From Verrucomicrobiaceae bacterium (GTDB taxonomy: Bacteria > Pseudomonadota > Gammaproteobacteria > Pseudomonadales > CAMLJR01), in assembly GCA_028293825.1 (NCBI GenBank), contig JAQGNY010000017.1:18505-82504 (forward strand): a stretch of DNA of 64,000 nt, in the 5' to 3' direction. Shown piece by piece: positions 8,976-18,997 of this stretch. A program made the position numbers and the translations under genes. The first letter of the stretch is position 1. Every line of letters begins with the position of its first letter. Under the pieces are notes generated by a model. It was not told the origin of the DNA. It did no database searches and was given only the letters and a program-made list of their open reading frames with translations.

Positions 8976-10414
8976 TTAGGCCAGAATCTCCTTCACTACT
9001 TCGCCGTAAACCACGGTCGGTCGCTCTGAGCGGCCGTTGTGCAGGAACGTGGTTTTCAAATGATCGAGACCAAGCAGTTGCAGCGTGGTGGCGTGCAGAT
9101 CATAGGTATCAACCGTTTTGCCGACCGACTTCAAGCCCACTTCATCGGTCTGGCCAAAGGTAGTGCCACCTTTAACGCCGCCGCCGGCCAGCCACTGCGT
9201 GTAACCCCACGGATTGTGATCGCGACCGTTACCGCTTTGGCCGTACGAGGTGCGACCGAATTCGGAAGTCCAGACTACCAGCGTCGAATCGAGCAGACCG
9301 CGCGATTTGAGATCGGCAAGCAAGCCGGCAATCGGCTTGTCGACCGCACGTGCGTGTTTGCCGTGGTTTTCGTCGAGGTTGTTGTGCGCGTCCCAAGTTC
9401 TGTTTTCGCCGGCAACTTCCAGTTCGCCCGAAATCACTTGAATGAAACGCACACCGCGTTCGACCAGGCGCCGCGCGCGCAGCAGGTTGGTGCCGTAGCC
9501 TTTGCTGTGCTCCTCGTTCAAGCCGTACAACTCTTTGGTGGCTTCGCTTTCTTTTGCGATATCGACTGCTTCTGGCGCCGCCACTTCCATGCGCGCGGCT
9601 TGTTCGTACGAACGGTTACGCGCGAGTAGTTCGGTATCTTGCGGATAACGCGTGGCGCCATCGCGATTCAACCGATTCAACAATTCCAAATTGCCGCGCT
9701 CTTCGTTCGACGTAATAAATTCCGGTCGCTCCAAATGCAGAATCGGCGAATCGCCCTGGCGGAATGGTGTGCCCTGATACACCGCCGGCAAGAACCCCGA
9801 GTTCCAATTAACCGAGCCGCCGCGCGGTTCTTTCTTGTCGTATAAAGCACGACATAAGCCGGCAAATCCGGATTCGCCGAACCGAGCGCATACGTTACCC
9901 ACGCACCGAGCGAAGGGCGACCGGGAGTCAGACTGCCGGTGTTGAGTTTGAGTACGGAGATTTCATGTGTGGCGCCAATTGTCGTGCTCGATTTAATAAA
10001 CGCAATTTTATCCGCGTGCTCGCCGAGGTTCGGCAGCAAATCGGAAAACCACGCGCCGCTCTCGCCGTACTGTTTCCATTTGCGATTGGATGCATACAGT
10101 TTGCCGGTGCCGCCGCGAATCGCGACATTAATTCCTTTTAAAAACGACGGCGGAATTTCCTGGCCGGCCAACTTAATTAAATCCGGTTTGTAATCGTATA
10201 AATCGAGCGTACTGGGCGCGCCATTTTGGTGAAGCCAAATGACCGATTTAACTTTAGCCGGAAAATGCGGTTGTTTCGGCGCGAGTGGATCGAGCAGCTC
10301 GGCCGCCATTACCGGCGTCGCGAAAACACCGCCGCCGGGCATCAAGCCGCTCAAGGTCAGACCGCCCAATCCGTAACCCGCTTTTAACAAAAAATCTCGC
10401 CGTGAATTGCTCAT
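8976..10414 (-). pseudogene. DUF1501 (sulfatase-fold, TAT-exported) protein, interrupted by a frameshift
   Basis: Two overlapping ORFs in different frames together make one DUF1501-type protein. ORF 9677..10414 gives MSNSRRDFLLKAGYGLGG... (twin-arginine signal) and stays homologous up to ...PDLPAYVVLY. ORF 8976..9902 is homologous from ...YDKKEPRGGSVNWNSGFLPAVYQGTPF to the end. The frame switch lies within 9834-9850. Confidence 0.8.
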
Positions 10415-10527
10415 CTCAGTATTCCCTTCTCGATAATCGATTTAATTAAATGCTCAAGTGAAATTAATCGTTCAAATTAAATTTACGGTTCTCTTTAAAT
10501 ACGCTTCTTTATAAATACTTTTTTAAA

Positions 10528-12864
10528 TTAAGTGCGGTACGCAAATTCATTGGAATTCGCCAGCGTATGCACCAAGTCGACAAACGCAGCGGCACGAACC
10601 GGGTCGAGCGTTTTGATGTCTTTCAAATCGGTGGGCACGTTCAGGCCAAATTTACCGGTCAGTGCTTTTTCCTTAATGATTTGCTCCTGCGTACTGAGGA
10701 ACGCCAGCAGGGTTTTTCTTTCTGCGGGCAATGGACTACGTGCGAACAGAATCTGGAACAACCGATCCAATTGCGCCGCTTCATCTTTGCCGTTGGTTTC
10801 GCGAATTACTTTGCCGGCCAATGCCTGCGACCAGCCGAACACCACATCGCTGTGAAATAACGTCAGCGCTTGCAGCGGCGTGGTGGTGACATCGCGTTTG
10901 CTGTGTACTTCCTGTGCCGTTGCCATATCGAAAGTTTGCAGCAATGGATACGGAATACTGCGACGCGTGAACACGTACAAACTGCGACGATTGTGATCGC
11001 CCACGTCATCCGACACGGCCCAGTAGGGGCTGCCATCGAGTTGCGAATTGCCGGTAACTAAATCTTTCGGTACCGGTGGAAATACGCTGGGTCCGCCAAT
11101 TTTTTCTTCGAGCTTGCCGGACGCCAACAACAGGGAGTCGCGAATTTCTTCGGCCTCTAAACGCTTGTGCGGAAATACCGCCAGCAATTTATTTTCAGGA
11201 TCGGCTTTGAAGGCATCATCGCGCTGCGAAGAAGATTGACGATAAACACGCGATAACAGAATTTCGCGATGCAGTTTTTTCGGGCTCCAGCCGTTGTTAA
11301 TAAAATCGCTGGCGAGGTAATCCAACAATTCCGGATTGGAGGGCCGCGTTCCGGCTTTACCGAAATCGCTGACTGTTTCAACAATGCCCTGGCCGAAATA
11401 TTGTTCCCACACTCGGTTGACAAATACGCGCGCAGTCAGCGGGTTTTTCGCATCGGCAATCCAGTTGGCTAATGCGGTGCGACGTCCCGACGAAGTTGCA
11501 GTCGGCACAATCACCGGTTTCTCGCTGGTCAACGCCACCGGAAAGGCCGGTTGCACTTCATCCAACGGACGATCGATAGCGCCGCCAAACAATACATGCG
11601 TCGACGGCGCATCGGGATGGCCCAACTCTGTCATTGCCGATAACGTATCGGAGCCATTCGGTTTCAGCTTGGCGATTTTTTTGGTGTCTTCTTTCAGCTT
11701 TTTATACGCTTCCCAACGGGGACCGTTTTCGGCGTTGAAATCGGGCGCATCTTTATTGGCCGACGTATCTTGTAAATAGTTCGCCAGGCGATCGTCCTCG
11801 ATATATTCGCCGTAATTGTGGTTGACCCAACGATCCAACCCGTTGCGTTCGCTCTCTGGTTTATTGAGCGACACCAGCGTGATTTCGTTGTAACGCTCCT
11901 TGTAGTACGCATTGGCTTTATCGCGCACTGGATCAAGCAGCGCTTTTTTCGCGTCTTGAATCGGCTTCAATGCAGCGGCGTATTTCGCCCATGCTTGCCG
12001 ATAGACAACTTCCTGCGGGCCGGTTTGCGCAGGAATATTATCGACAGCACTGACATTGGCGAAAAACGCCTGCAATGCGAAATAATCTTTCTGCGAAATT
12101 TTATCGAATTTATGATCGTGGCAGCGCGCGCACTCAACTGTCTGCGCGAGGAAAACCTTACCGACGGTATCGGTGATGTCGGTTTGGTTTTGATATTTTT
12201 TCTGCACTAGATCGCGCGAATTCGGATTGTCGGGAAAGCCACGCAAAAATCCGGTAGCGGCGAGCGCTTCTTGTTTGTCTGGCCACAATTCATCGCCGGC
12301 CAACTGCTCCTGAATAAAACGCGTGTACGGCTTATCGGCGTTGAACGAATTAATAACGTAATCGCGATAACGCCACATGTTGGGACGCGTTTCATCATTG
12401 TCGAAACCAGTGCTGTCGGCATAGCGCGCAAGATCGAGCCAGCGCCGTGCTTGGCGTTCGCCGTAACGCGGCGAAGCTAACAATCGATCGACTAATTTTT
12501 CATACGCATTCGGCGAGCGGTCGCCAACAAAGTTTTTCACTTCTTCCTGTGTCGGACTCAATCCCCACGCATCCAATGTGGCGCGACGTATAAATGAAGC
12601 GCGATCGGCATCCGGCGACGGTTTAACGCCATTCGCTTCCTGCTTGGCCAGAATAAAATCATCGATGGGCGTACGCGCCCAATCCTTTTTTTGCACGGTC
12701 GGCAGTGCGCCATCTTTTATCGGCTGCCACGACCATAGTTTGGCATTGGCAAATGGCGCTGCGGGCGCCGCTTTTTCGCTATCGGTCGCTGATTTGGTTT
12801 CCGCCGCAGTAACCATCGCAGTGGTTACGCTAAGTATCGCGGCGAGCAATACATGATTTTTCAT
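10528..12864 (-). CDS. DUF1549/DUF1553 domain protein (PSCyt/PSD type) with CxxCH motif
   Basis: The Sec signal is MKNHVLLAAILSVTTAMVTAAE. The N-terminal half is DUF1549-like (FIRRATLDAWGLSPTQEEV...SPRYGERQARRWLDLARYADSTGF). CARCHDHKFD lies at 12118-12132. The C-terminal half is DUF1553-like. The protein is 778 aa. Confidence 0.9.
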   Translation of the reverse strand: MKNHVLLAAILSVTTAMVTAAETKSATDSEKAAPAAPFANAKLWSWQPIKDGALPTVQKKDWARTPIDDFILAKQEANGVKPSPDADRASFIRRATLDAWGLSPTQEEVKNFVGDRSPNAYEKLVDRLLASPRYGERQARRWLDLARYADSTGFDNDETRPNMWRYRDYVINSFNADKPYTRFIQEQLAGDELWPDKQEALAATGFLRGFPDNPNSRDLVQKKYQNQTDITDTVGKVFLAQTVECARCHDHKFDKISQKDYFALQAFFANVSAVDNIPAQTGPQEVVYRQAWAKYAAALKPIQDAKKALLDPVRDKANAYYKERYNEITLVSLNKPESERNGLDRWVNHNYGEYIEDDRLANYLQDTSANKDAPDFNAENGPRWEAYKKLKEDTKKIAKLKPNGSDTLSAMTELGHPDAPSTHVLFGGAIDRPLDEVQPAFPVALTSEKPVIVPTATSSGRRTALANWIADAKNPLTARVFVNRVWEQYFGQGIVETVSDFGKAGTRPSNPELLDYLASDFINNGWSPKKLHREILLSRVYRQSSSQRDDAFKADPENKLLAVFPHKRLEAEEIRDSLLLASGKLEEKIGGPSVFPPVPKDLVTGNSQLDGSPYWAVSDDVGDHNRRSLYVFTRRSIPYPLLQTFDMATAQEVHSKRDVTTTPLQALTLFHSDVVFGWSQALAGKVIRETNGKDEAAQLDRLFQILFARSPLPAERKTLLAFLSTQEQIIKEKALTGKFGLNVPTDLKDIKTLDPVRAAAFVDLVHTLANSNEFAYRT

Positions 12865-13274
12865 GCACCCTTACTCCGTTAAAATTTTTAGAAAATTTTT
12901 TGCGAGAAAAAAATGAGATCGCAAAAATGAGCGGCTGGTTTGGCGATAGGGGAAAAGGCAATAGCTATGCCAATGGATTAAAAGCAGAAGAGGCGGGGAT
13001 TTTTAACGCGATGTAACAAATTATCTTATTGATTTGTAGATTTAATTTTTTCGTTGATGTTTAAACAACAGTGGTTTTCCGTACGTATTTAAGGTGATGA
13101 AGTTTTTAAAGTTGTTGTTTGGGCCTCAGTTGTTTTGCATGCTGACCGAAAAACAACTACACGCGTACATTCTTGAGAAAAACCGCATACGCGAATTGCT
13201 AATCACTCGGCTTGATTAAGACTCTTATTGTTGTGCGTGCTATTTCGCGCTTCGAAAATTGTTTCCATTGAAAA

Positions 13275-14198
13275 TCACAGTGGCGAAAATTGTTCGGCCC
13301 ATTTTTGCTCACGAAATTGCGCGACCACGAAATCGACAAAGGCGCGGGTTTTTGCCGGTAACAATTTATGCGCGGCAAAATAAATCGAAATCGTTCCGGC
13401 ATCGACATACCAATCCGGCAATACACGCAACACTGCGCCGCTGTTCAAATACGGCAACGCTTGCGGCATTGCTACCAAAGCAACACCGAGTCCAGCTGCT
13501 GCGGCCAAACACGCGGCATCGGGATCGCTCATCGCCATTTTCATCGGCAATTCGAGCGCGACTTGTTTATGGCCACGGTTGCGCAACGGCAGCGCGGAAA
13601 TACGCCCACTTTGCGGCGAGCGAATCAGAATGCCGTCGTGCTTGGATAAATCTGCCGGTGTTTTGAGCGTGGGCTTTCTATCGAGGTAGGCGCGCGCAGC
13701 GACCAGCACGCGATAAGCCGGCGTTAATTGGCGGGCGATCACACCGGGCGGTAAATCGATGCCGCCCCCGATTGCCGCATCGAAACCTTCGCCAATTAAA
13801 TCGACCTGCCGATTATCGAAATGCCAATCGGGCACGATGGCGGGATAGCGACCGAGAAATTCGCCGAGCAGCGGCACCAGATAAAGGCGGCCGAACGATG
13901 CACCCATGCTGACTTTTAGCGTGCCGGCGGGTTGACCATCGGCGCTGGCTAAATTCGCCACCGCCGTTTGGATGGTGCTTAAACCGCCGCTGACTTCATT
14001 TAAAAAACGCTCGCCCGCTTCGGTTAATGTCAGTTGTCGTGTGCTGCGGTGAAACAGACGCACACCAAGATTCTTTTCCAGCTTTGCAATGTTTTTGCCG
14101 ACCGCCGCCGCGGTGAGACTTAATCGCCGCGCCGCTTCGGAAAAGCTGCCGGCCTCCGCGCTGCGCACAAAGCATTCGATACTGTTTAGAGTTTCCAT
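13275..14198 (-). CDS. LysR-family transcriptional regulator
   Basis: The N-terminal HTH is FSEAARRLSLTAAAVGKNIAKLEKNLGVRLFHRSTRQLTLTEAGERF, followed by a LysR substrate-binding domain. It is divergent from the SDR gene. Confidence 0.9.
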   Translation of the reverse strand: METLNSIECFVRSAEAGSFSEAARRLSLTAAAVGKNIAKLEKNLGVRLFHRSTRQLTLTEAGERFLNEVSGGLSTIQTAVANLASADGQPAGTLKVSMGASFGRLYLVPLLGEFLGRYPAIVPDWHFDNRQVDLIGEGFDAAIGGGIDLPPGVIARQLTPAYRVLVAARAYLDRKPTLKTPADLSKHDGILIRSPQSGRISALPLRNRGHKQVALELPMKMAMSDPDAACLAAAAGLGVALVAMPQALPYLNSGAVLRVLPDWYVDAGTISIYFAAHKLLPAKTRAFVDFVVAQFREQKWAEQFSPL

Positions 14199-14236
14199 GG
14201 GCCGGCTCTCTTCTTACTAAAACAATTTGGCTTTTA

Positions 14237-14250
14237 TTGAAGCCATTCAA
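14237..14250. promoter_or_regulatory. Palindromic candidate operator TTGAAGCCATTCAA in the LysR/SDR divergent region
   Basis: It is a perfect inverted repeat, TTGAA-N4-TTCAA, 39 bp upstream of the LysR start. It fits the T-N11-A LysR-box pattern. Its outer TTGA/TCAA also resemble FNR/CRP-family half-sites. Confidence 0.35.
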
Positions 14251-14413
14251 CGTCATTCATTTGAAACCATTTGGATCGAAAGAATATACCGATTGCTATC
14301 TATTCGCATACTAATGATCCCGCGATACTGATCCCACACCGCGCTTAAACGAATACGGCGCAGCAAGCGGCTTACTCATCCACGACACATTTAACAGGTA
14401 ACGGAGAAATAGC

Positions 14414-15175
14414 ATGAGCAACTCAACAGCTACATCGAAATCACTGACTGGCAAAGTGGCATTCATTCAAGGCGGCTCGCGCGGCATTGGCGCCGCCATC
14501 GCAAAACGGTTGGCGAGCGAGGGTGCCGCCGTAGCAATCAGCTACGCTAATTCGGAAAAACAAGCGCAGAAAGTCGTGGCGGAAATCGAAGCGGCCGGTG
14601 GACGCGCATTGGCATTGCGCGCCGATAGCGCCGACGCGGCGCTGGTTACGCAGGCGATCGATACTGCGGCGACGGCATTCGGCAGCATCGATATTTTGGT
14701 GAACAACGCCGGCGTGCTCGCGGTGGCGCCGATCGAAGAATTCAAACTCGATGATTTCGATCGCACGCTAGCGGTGAATGTACGCAGCGTATTCGTCGCT
14801 ACTCAGGCTGCCGTGCGGCATATGAGCGAAGGCGGGCGCATCATCAATATCGGCAGTACCAATGCCGATCGCATGCCCTTTCCTGGTGGCGCTGCCTACG
14901 CGATGAGTAAATCGGCCATTATCGGTTTAACCAAAGGTTTGGCGCGCGATCTAGGCCCGCGCGGCATCACGGTGAATAACGTGCAACCCGGCCCAGTCGA
15001 TACCGAAATGAATCCCGATAGCGGCGATTTCTCGGTATTGATGAAAAGTTTTATCGCGGTGAATCGCTATGGCCGCGCCGAAGAAATCGCGAGTTTTGTC
15101 GCGTATCTGGTCAGCGCCGAGGCGGGATATATCACCGGTGCTAGCTTGACAATCGATGGTGGCTTCGCCGCATAG
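14414..15175 (+). CDS. Short-chain dehydrogenase/reductase (SDR)
   Basis: It has the cofactor motif TGKVAFIQGGSRGIGAAIA, NNAG, and the catalytic YAMSK (YxxxK). The protein is 253 aa. Confidence 0.9.
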   Translation: MSNSTATSKSLTGKVAFIQGGSRGIGAAIAKRLASEGAAVAISYANSEKQAQKVVAEIEAAGGRALALRADSADAALVTQAIDTAATAFGSIDILVNNAGVLAVAPIEEFKLDDFDRTLAVNVRSVFVATQAAVRHMSEGGRIINIGSTNADRMPFPGGAAYAMSKSAIIGLTKGLARDLGPRGITVNNVQPGPVDTEMNPDSGDFSVLMKSFIAVNRYGRAEEIASFVAYLVSAEAGYITGASLTIDGGFAA

Positions 15176-15190
15176 CGAAGTTGTTAGATT

Positions 15191-15232
15191 AATTGGCCGC
15201 GCGATGAAATTATCGCGCGGCCAATTTTTTTA
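15191..15232 (+). terminator. Rho-independent terminator after the SDR gene
   Basis: AATTGGCCGCGCGAT-gaaat-TATCGCGCGGCCAATT forms a stem of about 14-15 bp and is followed by TTTTTTT. Confidence 0.85.
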
Positions 15233-15349
15233 GAAGTGAATTAATTTGCTTGGAAGTTAGTTATTTTTTTGAAAATTAATTAAATTTTTTGACGTTAATT
15301 AGATCGTGACGATGACTTAATTATTCCACGCTCTGATGTTCTGATTCGA

Positions 15350-18300
15350 CTAACGAATTTGCTTTGTCGCACGGACGATATCCAATTGCTCCAGCGGTAT
15401 CGGCTTTATGTTTTCGGCCCATTGCTGAATCCAGCGCGGCAACTCGCACGCCGGCAGTGGGCGGCTGATGAAATATCCCTGCGCCTGATCGCAGCCCATT
15501 CCCGTCAGCCAAGCCATTACTTCGCTGTATTCGACGCCTTCGGCAATTACTTTCAAATTGAGGCCGTGCGCGAGTTGAATAATCGAGCGAATGATTAATT
15601 GATCCTGCGGTTTATTTTGCATATCGCGCACGAAAGTGCGGTCGATTTTAAGCGTTGAAATCGGCATGTCGCGCAGATAAGCCAGCGATGAATAGCCGAT
15701 GCCGAAATCGTCGATCGACAACGCAATGCCAAGCGCTGCAATGCGTTCGAGCAATACCAGCGCATGCGCCGGATCCTGGATTAACGCAGTTTCGGTGATT
15801 TCAAATTCGAGTCGACCCGCTGGAATTTCATAGCGCTGCATTAACGCGCTGACATCGTGCACGATGCGGTCGTCCATTAAATTGCGCGCGGATAAATTAA
15901 CCGCCACCGTCCATGGCTCGCCCGCGCTCAACCATTGCTGTAATTGTTGGCAGGCCATTTCAACCACTGCATGCGTGAGCGCGTGAATAGCGTCGGTCAT
16001 TTCCACCAGCGGTAAAAAACGGTCCGGAGCCAATAAACCCAAACGCGGATGTTGCCAGCGCAGTAGCGCTTCAAAACCGGTGATGCGTTTGCTGACCAGT
16101 TCTATTTTTGGCTGATAAAACAGGATTAATTCGCGCTGGCGGATACCATTGTGAAAATCGGTGATGATCGCCAGACGCTCCGGCGTATTGAAATCGAGAT
16201 CGCTGTGATAAAGCGCGACGCCGCTGCCGGTGCGTTTGGCTTCGTACATCGCGACATCGGCCGAGCGCAACAGCGCATGACTGTCGTCGCCGTGATCGGG
16301 ATATAAAGCCACACCGATGCTGGCGCCGATTTCGAGATTAATACCATTGACTTGAAACGGTTGACGCAGTGCTTCGAGAATTTTTACAGCCAGTGTGTGT
16401 GCTCTATCTTTGCTGACATTCGTATCGCGCAACAGCACCGCAAATTCATCGCCGCCTAAACGCGCGATGGTGGCATCGGAATAATCCATTCCGGCGCGGA
16501 GCCGTTCGCCAATTTGTCGCAGCAATGCATCGCCAACGTGATGACCTAACGTGTCGTTCACTTCCTTGAAGCGATCGAGATCGAGCAACAGCAGCGCGGT
16601 GTTGTTGCCGCCTTCACTTTGCCACTTAATAAAATCGCGGTGCAGTACCGAGCGATTGAACAGGCCGGTAAGACCGTCGTGCTCGGCCTGATATTCCAAC
16701 GATTGCCGATGCAACGCGCGGCTCATTGCCAGCGCCACCGAGCGACCGAACATACCCAGCATATCCAAATCGAGCTTATCGAAGGCAGTCGTGTCGGGGT
16801 AATCGAAAGTCATGGTGCCGATGTCGTCACCGTTTTCGACCAGCGCCATACAGACCACCGCGCGGATATTGCGCGCTGCGGCTTCTTCGTAAATATCGGT
16901 ACCGCGCATTGCTTCGGTGAAATCGGGAACCAGCAAAATATTATTTTTTGCTTTTAAAATTGCACCGTAAAAAAGCTCCTGCCGTAAATACACTTCGCTG
17001 AATGGCGCGTTTTCCGGTGCGCCGTGATAGGCGAGCAAACGGTATTTATCGCCCTCGCTCAATGCCACCGTTACCCGCGGATTACTGCGGTGACGTGAGC
17101 CGACCAACACGGCAGTGCGGGCTACATCATCGACGGTGCGCTGCGCGTGAATTTGCGCGGAGGCTTCATACAGCCAGTGTTGTTCTTCTTCGCGTGCACG
17201 TTGTGCGCGTTCATTGCGCAGCCGCTCTAATTCCGAGCTGGCGCGCACGGCAAAAATTTCCAACAAATATTTGGCCAATGCCGATTCGGGCAATGCGCCG
17301 CGATGGCCGATTGTCACCGCGCCCAGAATGACACCGGCACTGGAAACCAGCGGCACGGCGATACACTCATGAAGATCGATTTCCTTCAGCAGTGCGAAGT
17401 TCGGGTAAGAAGTCTGCGCGTCGGTCAGATGCACAATCTGCCCGGACTTAATCGTGTGCTCGACCGGTGAATTGGCGAAATCGATCGGCACATCGCGATA
17501 TTCCGGAGTTATCGATCGATTCAGCATGATGCCTTTGGTCCCCTCAAGTTCGGGGAGATGCATCAGAATATGCACATAATCCGCACCGGTGGCTTTGCGC
17601 AATTCTGCCACCAGGTGATCGAAAAACTGTTCACCCACTGCCGCATTGGTGCCGCGGCTCACGTGCATGATTAAATTCTGTTCGCGCTGTTCCATTTCCA
17701 GAATACGCTTACGGTCGGTCTGATCGACCGCGAGTGCGAGCAGGCCCAGCGGTTCGCCGGCTGCATTTTTCAAGACCGAGTTGGAAGCGCGTACCGGCAC
17801 CCGCGTACCGTCCTTGCGAAAAAAATTCCACTCGAATTCTTGTACGCCATGTTCGAGTATCTTTTTGATCATCGCGTGGTAGCTGGCGTGAAAATCCGCG
17901 TGATGATTTTCTTGGCGAAAGCGGCGCAGATCCTCCTGATCGTTAAAAATATCGGGTGTATTGCCGAGCATTTCAGCGGCGCTGTAGCCGAGCAGACGCT
18001 CCGCAGCCGGGTTGAATGAAACGATTTTGCCTTCCATATCGGTGGCGATAATCGCGTGCGCGGCATGATCGAGAATATTGCGTTGTTGCGCGGTGAGCTC
18101 CTGCAATTGCTGCTGGGTTTCCCACAGCGAGGTGATGTCCAGCGCGACGCCGAGACGGCCTTTGGCGATTGAGGATTCGGGCGTGGTTTGAACTTTGCTG
18201 ACATGCCACAGGACATGGCGCACTGAACCATCCGGTCGCGTGATGCGGTAATTCGACTGCAAACGGCCGTCGCGTTCCGCGGTTTTAACATCAAGTTGAA

Positions 18301-18997
18301 TATCTCGTCCGTCCGATGGTGCGATAATCGAGGCCCATGTATCTGCCGTCCAGCGCTGATGATCGGCGCCGATCAAATCGACCAATTGCTCATTGCGGTA
18401 GAGCACATTGTGGTGCTCATCGAATTCTAAAATTGCGATTGGCGCGTTTTGCGCCAACATTTGAAAGCGGTGATCGGCGTGATCGACGCGATGCTCTAGC
18501 AGCAAGTGCATTAACACTGCGTTAATTGCGTTGGCTCGATAGATATCGGCTTGCGACCATGCGTTGCCCGGCGCCCTGCTCAATAACAGCACGCCCCATA
18601 CTTCCCCGCGCACGGCGATCGGTAAATGCAGAGTCGCGGCTGCCGTAGGTAAACGGCTATCAATTGCGGAAAATGGATTGTCGATTGGCTGCGCCGAGAA
18701 CGGTTCCATTTGCTCTAACGCCGCGATATAGGCGCGGGGTACGGATATGAATTCTGGACGCGCTACCAACTCATTATTATTGCCAGCGCGGCCACATTGT
18801 GAAAATTGCGCGCGAAGTGCGTGCAGCTGCCATAGCTGCGCTTCATCGGAAGGTAACAATGAAGTGGCGATATCTAATAATCGCACGCTGGCGACATCGA
18901 GCCGCTCGCGCCAAAAACTGGGATTTGCGTGCAGCGCTGTCAATGCAGCGTCGACAGCGTGGCGATTACTGCCGCCGTTATTCGCGGTGGTATTCAT
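15350..18997 (-). CDS. Multidomain c-di-GMP signalling protein (GAF-PAS-PAS-GAF-GAF-GGDEF-EAL)
   Basis: The protein is 1215 aa. PAS-like segments include FQMLAQNAPIAILEFD... and ILDHAAHAIIATDMEGKIVSFNPAAERLLGY. The GGDEF domain shows HDGLTGLFNR...RLGGDEFAVLL. The EAL domain shows FYQPK...GFEALLRW...EITE...DDFGIGYSSLAYL...LKIDRTFV. Confidence 0.9.
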   Translation of the reverse strand: MNTTANNGGSNRHAVDAALTALHANPSFWRERLDVASVRLLDIATSLLPSDEAQLWQLHALRAQFSQCGRAGNNNELVARPEFISVPRAYIAALEQMEPFSAQPIDNPFSAIDSRLPTAAATLHLPIAVRGEVWGVLLLSRAPGNAWSQADIYRANAINAVLMHLLLEHRVDHADHRFQMLAQNAPIAILEFDEHHNVLYRNEQLVDLIGADHQRWTADTWASIIAPSDGRDIQLDVKTAERDGRLQSNYRITRPDGSVRHVLWHVSKVQTTPESSIAKGRLGVALDITSLWETQQQLQELTAQQRNILDHAAHAIIATDMEGKIVSFNPAAERLLGYSAAEMLGNTPDIFNDQEDLRRFRQENHHADFHASYHAMIKKILEHGVQEFEWNFFRKDGTRVPVRASNSVLKNAAGEPLGLLALAVDQTDRKRILEMEQREQNLIMHVSRGTNAAVGEQFFDHLVAELRKATGADYVHILMHLPELEGTKGIMLNRSITPEYRDVPIDFANSPVEHTIKSGQIVHLTDAQTSYPNFALLKEIDLHECIAVPLVSSAGVILGAVTIGHRGALPESALAKYLLEIFAVRASSELERLRNERAQRAREEEQHWLYEASAQIHAQRTVDDVARTAVLVGSRHRSNPRVTVALSEGDKYRLLAYHGAPENAPFSEVYLRQELFYGAILKAKNNILLVPDFTEAMRGTDIYEEAAARNIRAVVCMALVENGDDIGTMTFDYPDTTAFDKLDLDMLGMFGRSVALAMSRALHRQSLEYQAEHDGLTGLFNRSVLHRDFIKWQSEGGNNTALLLLDLDRFKEVNDTLGHHVGDALLRQIGERLRAGMDYSDATIARLGGDEFAVLLRDTNVSKDRAHTLAVKILEALRQPFQVNGINLEIGASIGVALYPDHGDDSHALLRSADVAMYEAKRTGSGVALYHSDLDFNTPERLAIITDFHNGIRQRELILFYQPKIELVSKRITGFEALLRWQHPRLGLLAPDRFLPLVEMTDAIHALTHAVVEMACQQLQQWLSAGEPWTVAVNLSARNLMDDRIVHDVSALMQRYEIPAGRLEFEITETALIQDPAHALVLLERIAALGIALSIDDFGIGYSSLAYLRDMPISTLKIDRTFVRDMQNKPQDQLIIRSIIQLAHGLNLKVIAEGVEYSEVMAWLTGMGCDQAQGYFISRPLPACELPRWIQQWAENIKPIPLEQLDIVRATKQIR

